This document shows positions 23,648 through 36,301 of a DNA stretch of 64,000 nt, one piece after another. How positions within the stretch are numbered: the first letter of the stretch is position 1; each line of letters starts with the position of its first letter. Origin of the DNA: Isurus oxyrinchus (lineage: Eukaryota). The position numbers were made by a program, and so were the translations under genes. Where the stretch lies: NCBI GenBank assembly GCA_026770705.1, contig JANJGN010000010.1:40052001-40116000 (forward strand), in the 5' to 3' direction. The notes under the pieces are model-generated. The model saw nothing but the letters and a program-made list of their open reading frames with translations, made no database searches and was not told where the DNA came from.

Positions 23648-23967
23648 CTGTTACAGTCAGTACAGATTCTATTGTGAAACCATCAGGAAATGTTGAATGT
23701 TTCACTACACATCCGTACTTGTCACCATCATCTTTCACTGTTGGTCGAATTGTCAGTTGACTGGAAACATTAAATGTTTTGTCACTATTGCTGGCAAAAT
23801 GTTTTGTATAGCTTTCTAATGAAACATTTTCTGTTCTTGACTTTGATATCTTGATCCAGCTGATGTCCAACTGCCAAGGATAAAATCCAGCAATGTCACA
23901 TCTCACAGAACCCTCTGAACCACTCAGAATCGTAATGGATTGTGTAGACAAGCTAACTGTTGTCGAG
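23648..23967 (-). CDS. NCR3LG1: Ig C1-set exon of B7-H6-like gene; 320 nt from the main acceptor (frameshift), 309 nt and in frame from a second AG at 23958-23957
   Basis: VRCDIAGFYPWQLDISW...NSDKTFNVSSQL...DGDKYGCVVKH (C1 hallmarks GFYP, TFNVSS, YxCxVxH); donor G|GTGAGT at 23647. Confidence 0.85.
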
Positions 23968-24604
23968 CTGTGCAGAAAGCAAATGTAAATTTAGGTATAG
24001 GTTGAGTAGGTTAATAACATAACAGCAGCATGTTGGCAAAATCATACAAATAAGTTAATACAAAACCAGGAAATATAAATCTTAAGCATTTCACCAAAAT
24101 ATCTTCCTTTCCCTGTTTATATTCTCACAAGATGTCTTTCAAGTCTGAATACAAGTGGTTTTGTGGTGCCACCAAGTCATATAAATTTCCAACAAACAAA
24201 AATACTTTGCTTTGAAATTGAACTTCATGAATTGAAATCCTAAATAGTTGTCTTAGTCTGTTCTTAGGGATGTGTTTTGAAATCAGACCAGAACAAAGAT
24301 GCACAGGATCATAACTTCATCTGGGAGCCCCGAACTTTAATCATTTCTGCTTCCTTTCCCCAATAGCAGCAAGTCAGGGCACATTCAACAACCAGTGCAC
24401 ACATTGATAGGAGGGAAACCAATATGCTGAATGCTCTTTGTGGGTCCTATATTTGTGTTATTTTGGAGGGTGTTTGTTACAGTTCAGTAGGCCTGAAGAA
24501 GTCTCTGTAGTCATACATAGGTTAACTGCAAGTCTTTATTGACTCTTAGCACTATTTACAAATATATAGTAAAAGGTACACACGCTGGGAGCTGTCTCCA
24601 TGCT

Positions 24605-25701
24605 CTTATGGAAGATTGGCTAGCTAACGGGAAGCAGAGTTGGCATAAATGGGTCTTTTTCTGGTTGACAGGATGTGACAAGTGGTGTGCCACAGGGATC
24701 AATGCTGGGGCCTCAGCTTTTTACAATTATATAAATGACTTGGATAAAGGGACCGAAGGAATGGTTGTGAAATTTGCTGACGTCACAAAGATAGGGAAGA
24801 AAGTAAATTGTGAAGAGGACGTAAGGAGGCTTCAAAGTGACATAGATAGGTTAAGTGAATGGTCAAATGTCTGCCAAATAGAGTATAATGTGGGCAAATG
24901 TGAAATCGTTCATTTTGACAGGAAGAATAAAAGAGAAGTTTATTGCTTAAATGGTGAGAAATTGCAGAGCTCTAAGATTCAAGAGGGTTGACAGTAATGC
25001 ATGATTCACAAAAGGTTAGTATGCAGGTACAGCAAGTAATTAGGAAAGCTAATAGAATGTTATCATTTATTGTGAGGGGAATTGATTACAAAAGTAGGGA
25101 TGTTATGTTTCAGTTGTACAGGGCATTGGTGAGACCACATCTAGAGTATTGTGTACAGTACTGATCTCCTTATTTAAAGAAAGATGTAAATGCGTTATAA
25201 GCAGTATAGAGAATGCTTACTGGACCAATACCAGGAATGAGGGGTTGTCTTACGAGGAAAGGCTGGACAGGCTAAGCTTGTATCTACTGGAATTTAGAAG
25301 AGTAAGAGGCGACTTAATTGAAACTTTTAAGATCCTGAGGGGTCTTGCCAGGGTGGATGTGGAGAGGATGTTTCATCTTGTGGGAGAATATAGAACTAGG
25401 GGTCACTGTTTAAAAATAAGGGGTCACTCATCTAAGACAGAGATGAGGAGAATTTTTTCTCTCAGAGAGTTGTGAGTCTTTGGAACTCTCTTCCTCAAAA
25501 GGCACTGGAAGCAGGGTCTTTGAATATTTTTAAAGCAGAGCTAGATAGATTCTTCATTAACAAAGGGGTGAAAGGTTATTGGGGGTAGGCAGAAATGTGG
25601 CGTTGAGATTGCATTCAGATCAGCCATGTTCTTATTGAATGGTGAAGCAGCTCGAGGGGCTGAGTGGCCTACTCATGCTCCTAATTCGTATGTCCGTATG
25701 T
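24605..25701 (+). mobile_element. CR1 LINE, 5'-truncated
   Basis: YINDLDKGTEGMVVKFADVTKIG, RVRGDLIETFKILRGL; 3' tail ending tcgtatgtccgtatg. Confidence 0.9.
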
Positions 25702-26324
25702 CAGTGCACATGGCTCTATCCAACACCATACTGACCCTGCATGAGAATCATGTCCACTTCTACATCACTGTGTGGGCAGTATTGTACACATTAAACTCAT
25801 TGAACTCATTAACCTATATTTGTCAGGCCCTTTTCCTACAAGTTGAGCCTCAACAAACCCACAAAAATATTGCTGATTCATTTTTAAATCACTCTTTGTT
25901 AAAGGAAGCTGATAGGATAATTTATTCTTCTTTCTGGGGAGCAGAAGCAGCAAAATCCTGAACATCAAACTATCTGACTTTGTGTCAGTATAGAACCTTA
26001 GGGTGAATGTGGACACCCAAGTTATATCCAGAGTGTTGTAGAACATGCCAGGCATTTTTAAATTAAATTAAGTGACCCTCTTACTACTCCACACACTCAA
26101 CAAGGGGCAGCAGCAAAGGACTCTGACTGACATAACTTTGGAATGCCATGTGGAGTAATGCCAGGGAGTGCAGTAGAAATACTGTTTATGTGTATGAACA
26201 GGGTTTTTGCCATGCTTTGGGTCAAGTTAAGAGACACTGAAGAGATAATCATTATTTCTAGACTTACATGTTTTCTGATATAATTTAACACAAAGGTACA
26301 GCATATGGCTTTTGTAATCCTTAC

Positions 26325-26663
26325 CTGACACCTGCAATGCTGAAGTCTGTTTTACTTTTTCAGGAGTTATGAACACAATGCAAGTGTATCTTCCTTCATC
26401 AGCTAACTGTACTTTTGGAAGATAAAGTGAAGCATCTCCTATTAGTAAATCCTTCTGAGAAATGTATCCTCCAGGTCGCTTTGGCGTATGTTCTCCTCCA
26501 TTAAACAAATACACTTCTGTTTGTTCTTCAAAAAGCCATTGGACTCCTACCTTTTTTAGGTCAATGGTGTCACCAACATAGCCAGTTACCTTGCACTTCA
26601 GGAGAACATCTTCATTTAATAATACTTTCAGTGGGCTTTGAAATATTTCCAGATTTATTGTGT
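26325..26663 (-). CDS. NCR3LG1: Ig V-set exon of B7-H6 (NCR3LG1)-like gene
   Basis: 339 nt phase 1-1, tttaaag| and G|GTAAGG. DVLLKC..VGVQW..VYLFNGGEHTPKRPGGYIS..GDASLYLPKVQLADEGRYTCIVFITPEK matches the B7-H6/tapasin-type V pattern RPG..GDASLxLP..YxCxV..TP. Orthology versus paralogy not established. Confidence 0.85.
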
Positions 26664-27639
26664 CTTTAAAAAAAAGGCAAAAATTATGGAAACATCTAAC
26701 AACATACACTATCATAATAATACTGTATGGCTTTGCCACCCAACTAATGCAGGCCAGAGTTGATTTTCATCTGTGGCATACATCTGGTGGGTGAGGCAAC
26801 CACTACACCTGCCCAATAATGCCTGTGTTAGGCCCAATCTATTTAGTAATGAGGTCTGATTCAAACTTGCACAAATCCTGCTGCTTGTTGGCTGCTCTGT
26901 CTTTGAGAAGGAAGGATATCTGGCAGGGAAGCTGCTTCTCAAAGCCAACCTGCGTCCTTTAAAAGGAAGGTTGAATTTTTATTGGTGGTACGAGTGAAGC
27001 AAATATTTGTAGCAGGTGACAGAATTTCAACAGCCAAGCCACCCCTATTTTCAGGTATTGCTGTGGAGATACTTATTGAATATCCCAGAACTAGAAAATA
27101 GGTACTCTTCCTTCAAATGACTGATGGTTGCCATGCCAAATAAGCCAGCCACTGTGGAGAGACTTGACTGAGCAAGTCAATATCAGCAACATCATTCCCA
27201 GAGCCAACCTGTAGAACAGGAGTAGATTTAATGACCTTACAAGCACTGCAGGGGTAAAACTCCTCTTTACTTCTCACTTACTCTGAATTAAACCCTGGAA
27301 TATCACATTTCTTCCTTCACTGCTATTTCTTCTCTCTCCTAGAACACAAGCCTCTCATCCAATCACAATGGGCCACTTCATTACTTCCTTCTTTGTACAC
27401 CCAGGCTAAACATCTGCAAACTCTCACTCCAATAGAAGATGTTGCCATTGATTTTATTGGCGGAGGGGGTACACTCTGAATTAGAGATGGTGAGGCCAGA
27501 GGCGATGCAGAGTACGGCATCAGAAGTTTCCATTTCTAAACTCTTAATATTTAACTCTCTCACCCACATACATATCCAGGCACCCTGTATCTGAATTGCA
27601 CCCACCAATGCTTATCCTTTTGCTGTTAGGTTATCATGG

Positions 27640-28092
27640 TCAGAGTCAGGGGAATGGACAGTTTTTTTAGGGGTTGCAAAGTTTCAGTTAGGAGAAAGAT
27701 TGTTCTTTTCTGAGGAACAGAGGGGATTGAGGAAAGGTTTAATTGAGGTGCATAAAATTATTAGGTGCCTAGATAAAATAGATGGAGGACCTATGTCCCT
27801 TAACAAAGAAGCCAATGAACAGGGAGTATAGATTTAAAATAAAAGACAGAAGGAGTAGAAGAGAGAAATCATTTTTCTCAGTTGGTAGTGGTGGTCTGGA
27901 ACTTACAGCCTGAAAGGGTGGTAGAGGCAGAAAGCCATGTCACAATTCAAAAAGACTTGGATATACACTTGAAGTGCACCTACAAAGCTTTGGACCAAGA
28001 TCTAGAAAGTGGGATAAGGCTGAATCTCTTTTTTGGCTGATCACGAGGGCTGAATGACCTCCTTCTGTGTGGTAAATTTTTATGAATCTATG
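27640..28092 (+). mobile_element. CR1 3' end, decayed
   Basis: LFFSEEQRGLRKGLIEVHKIIR-like reading, VVWNLQPERVVEA, tail ttttatgaatctatg. Confidence 0.7.
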
Positions 28093-28129
28093 CCCTAAGC
28101 ACTTGATAGAAGTGTAATGAGACAAAAAA

Positions 28130-28740
28130 AATGATGCTGAGCTAAGGAGGAAGGTAGTACCAAATCTTGGTCAAAAAATTGGGATATAATGTCTTAAATG
28201 GGGTAGGAAGGTGGAGAGGTTTAGTAAGGAATTCAATAACACAGGGTCTAGTCAACTGAAGGCACAGTGGTCAACGGTGGGGCAAGAGGAGTGGGATGCA
28301 CAAAAGACTCAAGTTGATGGTTTGTAAGGCTGGAGCAGGTTACAAAAGTATAGACTGATAATGTCATGAGGGATTTAAACAAAAAGATAACAGTTTTAAA
28401 TTTGTGGTATTGGCTGACCACGGACTAATGTAGGTCACCAAGGACAGAGTTGCTAGATAAAAAGGATTTGGTGTGAGTTAAGGGAAGGACAGCAACGTTT
28501 CAAATGAGATGAAACTTAGATATGGTGGATGATGGGGTTTGGCCCCCAGATCATTAGTTGAATCTAGAGGTGACAAGCATGAAGATATGGGTTCCAGTGG
28601 TTGACTGGTTGAGTTTTAAGTAAAGGTAGGTCATGTTACGGAGGTAGAAGTAGGTGGTATATCATGTGAAGAGGATGTGAGGGCAGTAGTTTATTTTGGG
28701 GACAATTAGGACAATAAGGTTGCAAACAATTTACTTGGCA
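28130..28740 (-). mobile_element. Old L2-type LINE 3' fragment
   Basis: Similarity, recognised from memory, to L2 ORF2 C-terminal sequence (LHWL..FKI region); no open frame. Confidence 0.45.
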
Positions 28741-30570
28741 TGAGACATTACATCTGTTACTGGGTTAAGTTCACTTTACATACACACTAATTTCTGAAGC
28801 TAGTTATCTCCAGTCTTAGGAATAGAAAATTCTCCTTCTGATGTTCTACTCCAAATTTCTGCAGACTGTCTATGATCCAGCTATTTGGGCAGCCTAAAAA
28901 CCTAACCACTGACCTTCTCTATATCAAGGATTAGGCAGTTGTGCTGCTAATTGAACCTGCTACTGTCCTCTTAAGTGTCAGCTCTGCTTGGAACTAATCT
29001 CTTTCCACCCTGCTGGGGTTACTATTCCAGTAGATTGGTGAGTGTGAATGATCACTGGAACATATTAACAAACCACATTGTCTCAATGTTGTGGTAAGCA
29101 CAAAAATACCATTCTGAACAGATATTCTGTCTTAATTAAAACCACACTCCTGTTAGTTTGAATTCCATGAATCCCTCATGCACCGAATTTAACATGGTAA
29201 TATGTAAATGTAATCCAAAACTGCATAATATCCTAGGTCAAATAATCAATATTCTTGAAACGTGACAGTGCTCCTGCTGCAAAAAAAACTCATAGTACTG
29301 TCTAAATATTTTCATTGACCCACCAGCTGATTCTAACAGTTGGAGAAATCAAATATTCAACATCAATGGGCATCAGACCATAAGTTGGATTTGGCTTGCA
29401 AGCCACAGGCTTGGGACATAGCCAAATTAGAGCATTGTGCTGAATTAGCAATGCAATGCACATTTAGAGCAATAATAAGAGAGTTCAGGTAAGGTATGGT
29501 AAGCAGTGCAGCCCAAATGTTCCTCATTAATTTGATTATCTTGAAACACAGTCCACTGTAACTCAATAAAAAGTAGACAATTTCAAATGAAACAAAGGGC
29601 TGTAACAATATCAAATTGCTCTCTCATATAAATTCACTGTTAATGCTTCCATTTCATGTTCACACAGGTTTCAAAATCCAAGAGTTATTTCAGTAATGTT
29701 TTGCGTAATTGAACAGAGAAGCAATAAAGATCTTTGATTTTATCTTACATAGAAAATGTAATTTGACACACTTTTATTACCTGGCCATAATTTTAGTAAG
29801 ATGCTTAGCATTTGCTTTTCGATTATTCCTTATGTAATTGTAATCAAATAATTTGCTTGGCAAAATGAACAGAGCTTCCTTGCAGTTTCCAAGAATTTGG
29901 ACAAATATAAAATGAAATTCACATTTTATTGACATCTTGTGTCTGTAATACTTTTATTCATCCATGGTGAATCATTCACTCTCCAGGTGACTCAAGGGAG
30001 TGTTTCTAGCTACCTTCTTCCTGATTGCTCTTTTATTGCAAGTGTTAATCTATAATCTGCCTCCAACCATGCTTGTGCTTAAAATTCTCTCTCCTCCACT
30101 TTCCCCAACCTCCTTTTGCCTCTCCTGCTGAATTCTAAAAACCTTGTCGTCCTAATTGTCCCCAAAATAAACTAAAGCATTCCTTTTTGATAAAACCTCC
30201 ATTATTGCTTAATTACACCCTGCTGAACATTCTTTGCTAGCACCTTAAACCAAAACAACCTGGAGGCATTTAAACAATGTCATAATCACACTGCAGTAAC
30301 AAACCTGGACTGGATCGATAGAGAGTTATTTCAAGGCAAATTTTTATTGCTATCTGCTTACTGCAAACTAAAGCTGTAAGGGATTGCTGATTTGGACTGC
30401 ACTTATCATACCTTACCTGAACTTTTTTACTATTACTCTAAATTTGTATTGCATGGAACAAAAAAAAAATCAAAAACTGAGTTTATTTGTAACAACTACG
30501 TTGGTGTGTAAATGCAGCTTCAAACTCAAAGTGGTTGTTCGAGCTCATCAGCCAGCTTTGCATAGCTTAC

Positions 30571-30638
30571 CCTGGCAAAGGGCAGTAGCTGAGACGCCAG
30601 TCAAAGCCGACCACACACATACAGTTTTATTTAATCAT
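30571..30638 (-). CDS. Candidate leader (signal peptide) exon with apparent +1 frameshift after the ATG
   Basis: LNKTVCVWSALTGVSATALCQ G|GTAAGC is signal-peptide-like and phase 1, but the nearest ATG (30638) is 1 nt out of frame. Confidence 0.45.
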
Positions 30639-31140
30639 TTCCCATCAACTTGGAGATTTTATTTTTTTTTAAATAAGATAAAATAATCCTGCCCCATTAC
30701 TTTGCTTTTCTCTCCACAGATGCTGCCTGCTTAGCATTTCCAGCAATTTCTGTTTTTACTTGAAGGTGTTAACTGCAACGGAAGCAAAAACTCTCCAAAC
30801 ACTTTTATTATCCACCGACATTTTGTCATTTTCAAATACTAAAAGAGAACTTAGATCAGTAATACTTTAGCTGATGTTGAAATCAATGATACAACACAGC
30901 AAAATGTCAAAATTTTCATCTTTCTGTGAGAACTTCAAGCTTCTAAAGCATTTTCTGAGAACTATATCCATGCGTAGCTGTACATTTGCAGCAGAACCAA
31001 GTCAGTCTTTCACTTTCACTATTAAATAACCTTTGTATGGTTGATTATCAAACAATACATTTTTTTCTTAGCCAGGACAGAGGTCAAGCACAACAAGTTA
31101 ACTCCTCACGAATACTTAAAATGGTAGCATTTTATATTAT

Positions 31141-32010
31141 TGTGATGTTGGCTGGAGTAGTTCAATATATTCTTAAGTCTGCTGGCTGCTAGACACTAAT
31201 TTTATTGTAATATATTTACAGTTATGAGAACATCCTACACTAGCTTCTGACCATGCTAGAGTCTCAGATCACATGAGCATATGTCACTACCTTCAATTAC
31301 TTCAAAGACTGTTAATCCTTGATAGGACTTAGTCTAACATACTCCATTATACTACATCTCCCACCAGGTCTCAGTTCGGACTTCAACATTCTCTGACATT
31401 CTTGGAAATCTTATGTTTCAGTCTCCCAGTCATTCTGAACATTTCAGTGTTTTGTAGTCCGATGAGAAATGTAGCCTCCTTTTGCTCTCTTAGGTAAATG
31501 TTTTTCTTTCTCTCTCCATGTTCTCTTACATCAATAATATTGTGGTACCTTCATGAGTCTACTGTACCTAGTTCTCCATCCGTTTGAAGGGAATAAAGCA
31601 TTCTCTTTCTGATGTCGGTCATCCAGATGCTGTTGAACAGAATTCAAAGTAGTAGATGATTCAGGATCACCAGCTTTGGTGTCTTCTTTCATTTGTGATG
31701 ATTGTGGCCTTTCTGGTACTTGTTTATCACTCAGCTGCTCAATTGCAATTAAAGCTCTTCTGTGTCTTCTTATTGATCCTTTAGGAAAAGAAGGTGACAT
31801 TAGTAGTTCTTTCAACAAGAATCTTTTGATCCCTGTTTGAATTGAACATGTGATACATCTGAATATCATTTCTTCCAATGACTTGGAGAGATCCAGCCAC
31901 CAAACTGAACACCATGCCCTGGTTTTGTACTTGGCCTAAATGACCTTGATGTAAACGTTGTAAGATTTTAAGTCTCAATGCTCTTGGGATAACTATTCCA
32001 TCATCTGTTA
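31141..32010 (-). mobile_element. Gypsy LTR retrotransposon 3' remnant: integrase fragments, PPT and 216-bp LTR (31141-31356)
   Basis: IVIPRALRLKILQRLHQGHLG...VWW....EEMIFRCITC (integrase H2C2 zinc finger); purine tract GGTGGGAGA then TGTAGT...CACA with AATAAA inside. Confidence 0.8.
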
Positions 32011-33314
32011 AGAAAGCCTGACTTATCTTGGAGTTGAGAAGCGAGTTCAGGAACTCCAAGTCCCGACAGACCTTGGGGTTTCGATGCATGAGCAGACCGG
32101 GAGTGGGCTGCACATGTGTAGTTCAATATTTTGAGTTCTTTGGGTCGAGGGTGGGCCTAACCCACCTGTGCAGAAAGGGGAAACGATGCAAAAATCTGAA
32201 TCATGTGACCAGGAGAGGCAATTGAAGACAAGTGCCCCAGGCTGCGCTTCCTGCCATTAGACGTCGGGAAACTCATTGCAATACATCAGCATATCATTAT
32301 TAGGCAAGCCCTTTGGAATTGTTCCCATCCCCCGCCCCCACTGGATCGTCCATTCCCGCCGACGTGTTTCACAACTGCACATTAAAGGAATGCATTTGGC
32401 AACCTACACTTTGATGGGAACTCGGAGGTGAGTACACAGTAACATTGTAAGGCACTCGCCAGGGTCGCCTGTTGGGCTTCAAGCTTGAGAGACGTTGAGG
32501 GGTTGGGGGTAAGGGTAGCCCAGCCTTCGAGATGACTGGAGTGGGTGGGGCAGCCCAGCCATTGAATATAGCACACAAGCATTCAGTGTGGGGGATAGGG
32601 TAGGCGAGGGAAGTGGCTACACAATCGGAAAACCTATATAAAGTGACCATTCCTCTGCAACTGAGACAGTTCAGGCACAGCCACATTGATATGATTAGAG
32701 TCTAGCTTATCTGCCCACTCAAGCAATGCAGAGTTTTCAAAGTGTCACCATGTGCTCCAAAACATTTTCATCCACCTTCCCCCATGCACCCCCCCCGCCC
32801 CCCCCTCCCCACCCCTCCACCCCACCACCACCCCCCACCACCACCACAACCACCACCGGCACAGACTGTAGAGTCATGACCATTTTAATGGATTGCAGAA
32901 CAACTGCGTACGTTGTACAATCTCCTCATTAAAGCTGGCCATGGAACAGTCACTGCTGGAAGTGCTTACAGCCCCTTGCAATGTCAGCATCTGATTTGGA
33001 CCGGGTCCTCCCCATGTTTCAAGCTAACAGTGCAGCCTTGCAGCGCAGGTTAGGAGAATGCCTGCGTCTGAGCTGGGAGCACAGTATGCAGTCCAATGGG
33101 CAAAGCTGCCGCCAATTGGTTGGGTGGAGTGGCCTGGAGGTGGGTGGGGTTTCGGGCAGCCATGCAATGCATCACACAGCACCATCCAAGTGGTGGCCAG
33201 CACTCTCCACAATGCATTAAGAGAACTTCATACTTAACCAGGACAGGTTCTTAGTACACCCGTGCTGACCATGTGTCTCTCTCTTTCATCCTGCAGGAGG
33301 AGTACATCAGGATC

Positions 33315-34353
33315 ATGGAGCCTGGTAAACTAACTTTATGCCTGCTGGCCTACAGAGAGTGAAGACGATGGACGAGAGGGAGACTGAGGCTCCTGGCTGC
33401 ACAGAGGCAGGAACAGCAACCTCAGGAAGAAGAGACGGCTGGGGCTCCCGTTCATGCTGCCAAGGAGCCACAGTGAGTCGTCACTGGTCAGTGCCTAGCG
33501 ACACCCAGGGTTTATAGGTCATTCCTGCAGATGACTGAGAATCAGTGCAGCCGTCAACTGCGCATCTCTCGGGAACTGGACAGTCCCATCTGCCACTTGT
33601 TGCAGGATTTGTCGCCACAGGGCCTGGATGCAACCAGTGGCTGTGAAAGTGATCGCTGCACTCAATTTCTATGCCAATGGCTCCTTCCAGGGCTCCACAT
33701 GTGACCTCTGTGGGATGTCACAAGCCTCCACCCACAAATGCTCCCATGAGGTCACGGATGCCATCTTCACGAGGACATAAAACTTTGTGCATTTCGCTCA
33801 GGTGTGCACACGGTTTCCAGGGCATGTGCCCGACTCTTACATTCTCAATTGGTCATAGATCCCTGAAGTCTTCCAGGGTCCACAGAAGCTGCAGGGTTGG
33901 CTCCTCAGGAACAAGGGCTACCTGCAGAGGCCATGGCTAATGACACCCGTCCGGTGGCTTCAGATAGCAGCAGAGCGATGCTATAATGAGGCTCATGCTG
34001 CAGTTCACAACTTGGTGGAGCAGACCATCAGGATGCTGAAGATGTGGTTCCGGTGCCTGGACTGGTCTGGTGGAGCCCTGCAATACAGTCCACAGAGAGT
34101 GTCATACATCTTCATCATTTGCTGTGCCCTTTACAACCCGGCACTGCAATGGGGAGACAAGCTGGCGGAGGAGGAGCTCGAGGAGCCGGAGGTCTCCGCC
34201 GATGAGGAGGATGCCGACTGGGATGAGGATGAGGAGGCCCTTGGAGGCGACGATGATGGGGATGAGGACCTCACACTGGCTAGAGGAGGCAGGCATGCTC
34301 GGGAGGCCCTCATAGCTGCTAGATTTGTGGAGGATGGTGATGACATGCAGTGA
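33315..34353 (+). pseudogene. Harbinger DDE transposase (HARBI1-like), disrupted
   Basis: PVAVKVIAALNFYANGSFQ, GWLLRNKGY..WLMTPV, YNEAHAAVHNLVEQTIRMLKMWFRCLD..GALQYSP..IICCALYN, acidic tail. Confidence 0.85.
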
Positions 34354-35070
34354 GGAGACCCCATAGATCCTCACATTGCATCTGTGAACGTTTGACTCCA
34401 GTCTGGCTTATGGCAGCGCTAATACCCTCTGTGAGAATGCTCCTGTCATGGAGACACAATGGAGGCCCTAATAGTAGGCTGATTGCAGGAGGATGATGAC
34501 AACATGTAGTAAGGACACTCCATGGGTCTTCACATAGCCTCTGAGAATGTCTGACTCCTGTCTGGCCGAGGGCAGCTCACTTGCGCTCCGTGATCAGGGT
34601 CATATCATAGAGACACAGCCATAAAACTTTAGAAGCATCTGATCCTTTGTCTGCCTTCAGCACCTGGGTTCTTCAGGAGCACAGCATCAGTGGTCACAGA
34701 TGCTGAAGAGATGGGTCCAGCTCCACCTTAAAGGTACTGAGAGCACATAGGGAGAATGAGAGAACTCTGTGGAGACTGCCCACTATATTCTGACAGCCAT
34801 GACCAGCACCGCTGAGGTGCAGGCATCATAAATGTTTCCAGGGAGTGTGAGGCCAGACCATCGCTTTGGTCTGAAGGCTGCACAGAGCACAGGGAAGATG
34901 CCCTGGACTGAGATACCTGCCTTTTTCTTGTGCAGAAGGGTTTCATATTTGAGTGACAAGAACACTGCTCATCAAGACAAGGAGTCATAGGTAGGGAGGC
35001 ATTCTTGGAAGTTTATTGACAATAGTGAACATTATGTACAAGTGATTAACACCTGTGCCCACACTGTGCG

Positions 35071-36297
35071 TGAAGGGTTCTCAAAATTCCCACATTTTTC
35101 ATATCATCAACAAGGATATGAATTTTGGACTTTTATGGCAGAGGACCCAACTGCTGAATTAAGTGTAGAACCCTGCAGACAGGAGGCTAGGCCCATGAAG
35201 GCCTGGGACTGGACATGCCCGGGCTTTTTGAGTGCAGTGTGGATAGGTGCCTGAAACCAGACAACGAGAGGAGACAGAATACGCATTCTTCCCTTTAAAA
35301 CAATCAATCCAGAGAAAGACTTCATCATACACAGAACTAAAGCCCATCAAAATCTTTCATAAATAATCGTTACTAACTACTAAGGCAGGAAGGCAGCAAT
35401 CAATGTAATTATGTGAACCTATCAATACTCCACATATACAAGGGCTTTCAGTTCAAGACTAGTTACGGGGACAGGAAGACAATGATGAACATCATGTGAG
35501 CCCATTAAAAACAACGAGACAACAATCACCTGAAGAAGCCCACCAAAATCAGACAAAGAACTAACATTGATTTGGAATTCAGATTAGAAATTCGAAAAAA
35601 AACAGTATAACTGGGCCATCAGTTATGAAGGAGGGTGAGCAGGTTTTGGAGTGGTTGAAGCAGAGTTTAAGCAGGGAGAGGTAGTTGAGCCAAGCAGAGG
35701 AAGGAGATCTGGAAGTTTGCAGGCCCACAGGCAAGGGGCACAGGGTGGCAGGCTCAACCGAAGACAACAAGGTCGCAATTGCAGCCCTCCACGAAGATCG
35801 ACCACCCACAACCGCGCCCTCCACCCAATGGAAGAATCTTCACAGATTTCACAGACCAGGACCATGTGGGGATGGCAGGCCCCAGAGGACACAAAAAGCG
35901 TACCCCAAAACTGCAACCAGCTTACCTTGCTGAATTTCGAACCGTCAGGGAACTCTGGTTAGTGAGCATGATCCCTGACCTCTCCTACTTCAATCTAGTT
36001 AGGTTTTGGGGGTGGGACAAGATTGAGGAGATTAGTAGCGTGATTTTCCCTCGTTATGCCATGTGTTCCCCACTCTTAACTAAGTGTACTTTGTAAGCCT
36101 GTATAATCTCAGTGTAATCCTAATGTTATAAATTCATTTGTGATTTCAATAAACCCAGTTTTTTTCTTGCACCAAAACCAGTTGTCTGCTGCTCTTTGTC
36201 ACAACCCCCAAATAAGTCCAAGGTCTGGAACCCAGGGAGTGGGAGCGATTCGGACCACTCAGAAGTCAGAGGTGAAGCTCAACCACCACCCCTTACA
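35071..36297 (+). mobile_element. Solo LTR, 1227 bp, 4-bp TSD
   Basis: TGAAGGG...CCCTTACA inverted termini, flanked by TGCG on both sides (35067-35070, 36298-36301); AATAAA near 36148. Confidence 0.85.
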
Positions 36298-36301
36298 TGC
36301 G

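Noticed and set aside
26280-26330. V exon as a rearranging Ig/TCR V segment
   Set aside because: It includes its own G strand, ends in a GT donor and has no adjacent CACAGTG heptamer or nonamer.
27330-27610. Possible L1/Tx1 C-terminal fragment on the minus strand
   Set aside because: Too decayed to support without a profile search.
30405-30590. U1 snRNA-like 5' ends (atac.cttacctg; cttaccctggca)
   Set aside because: These are simply the reverse complements of splice donors; no further U1 similarity.
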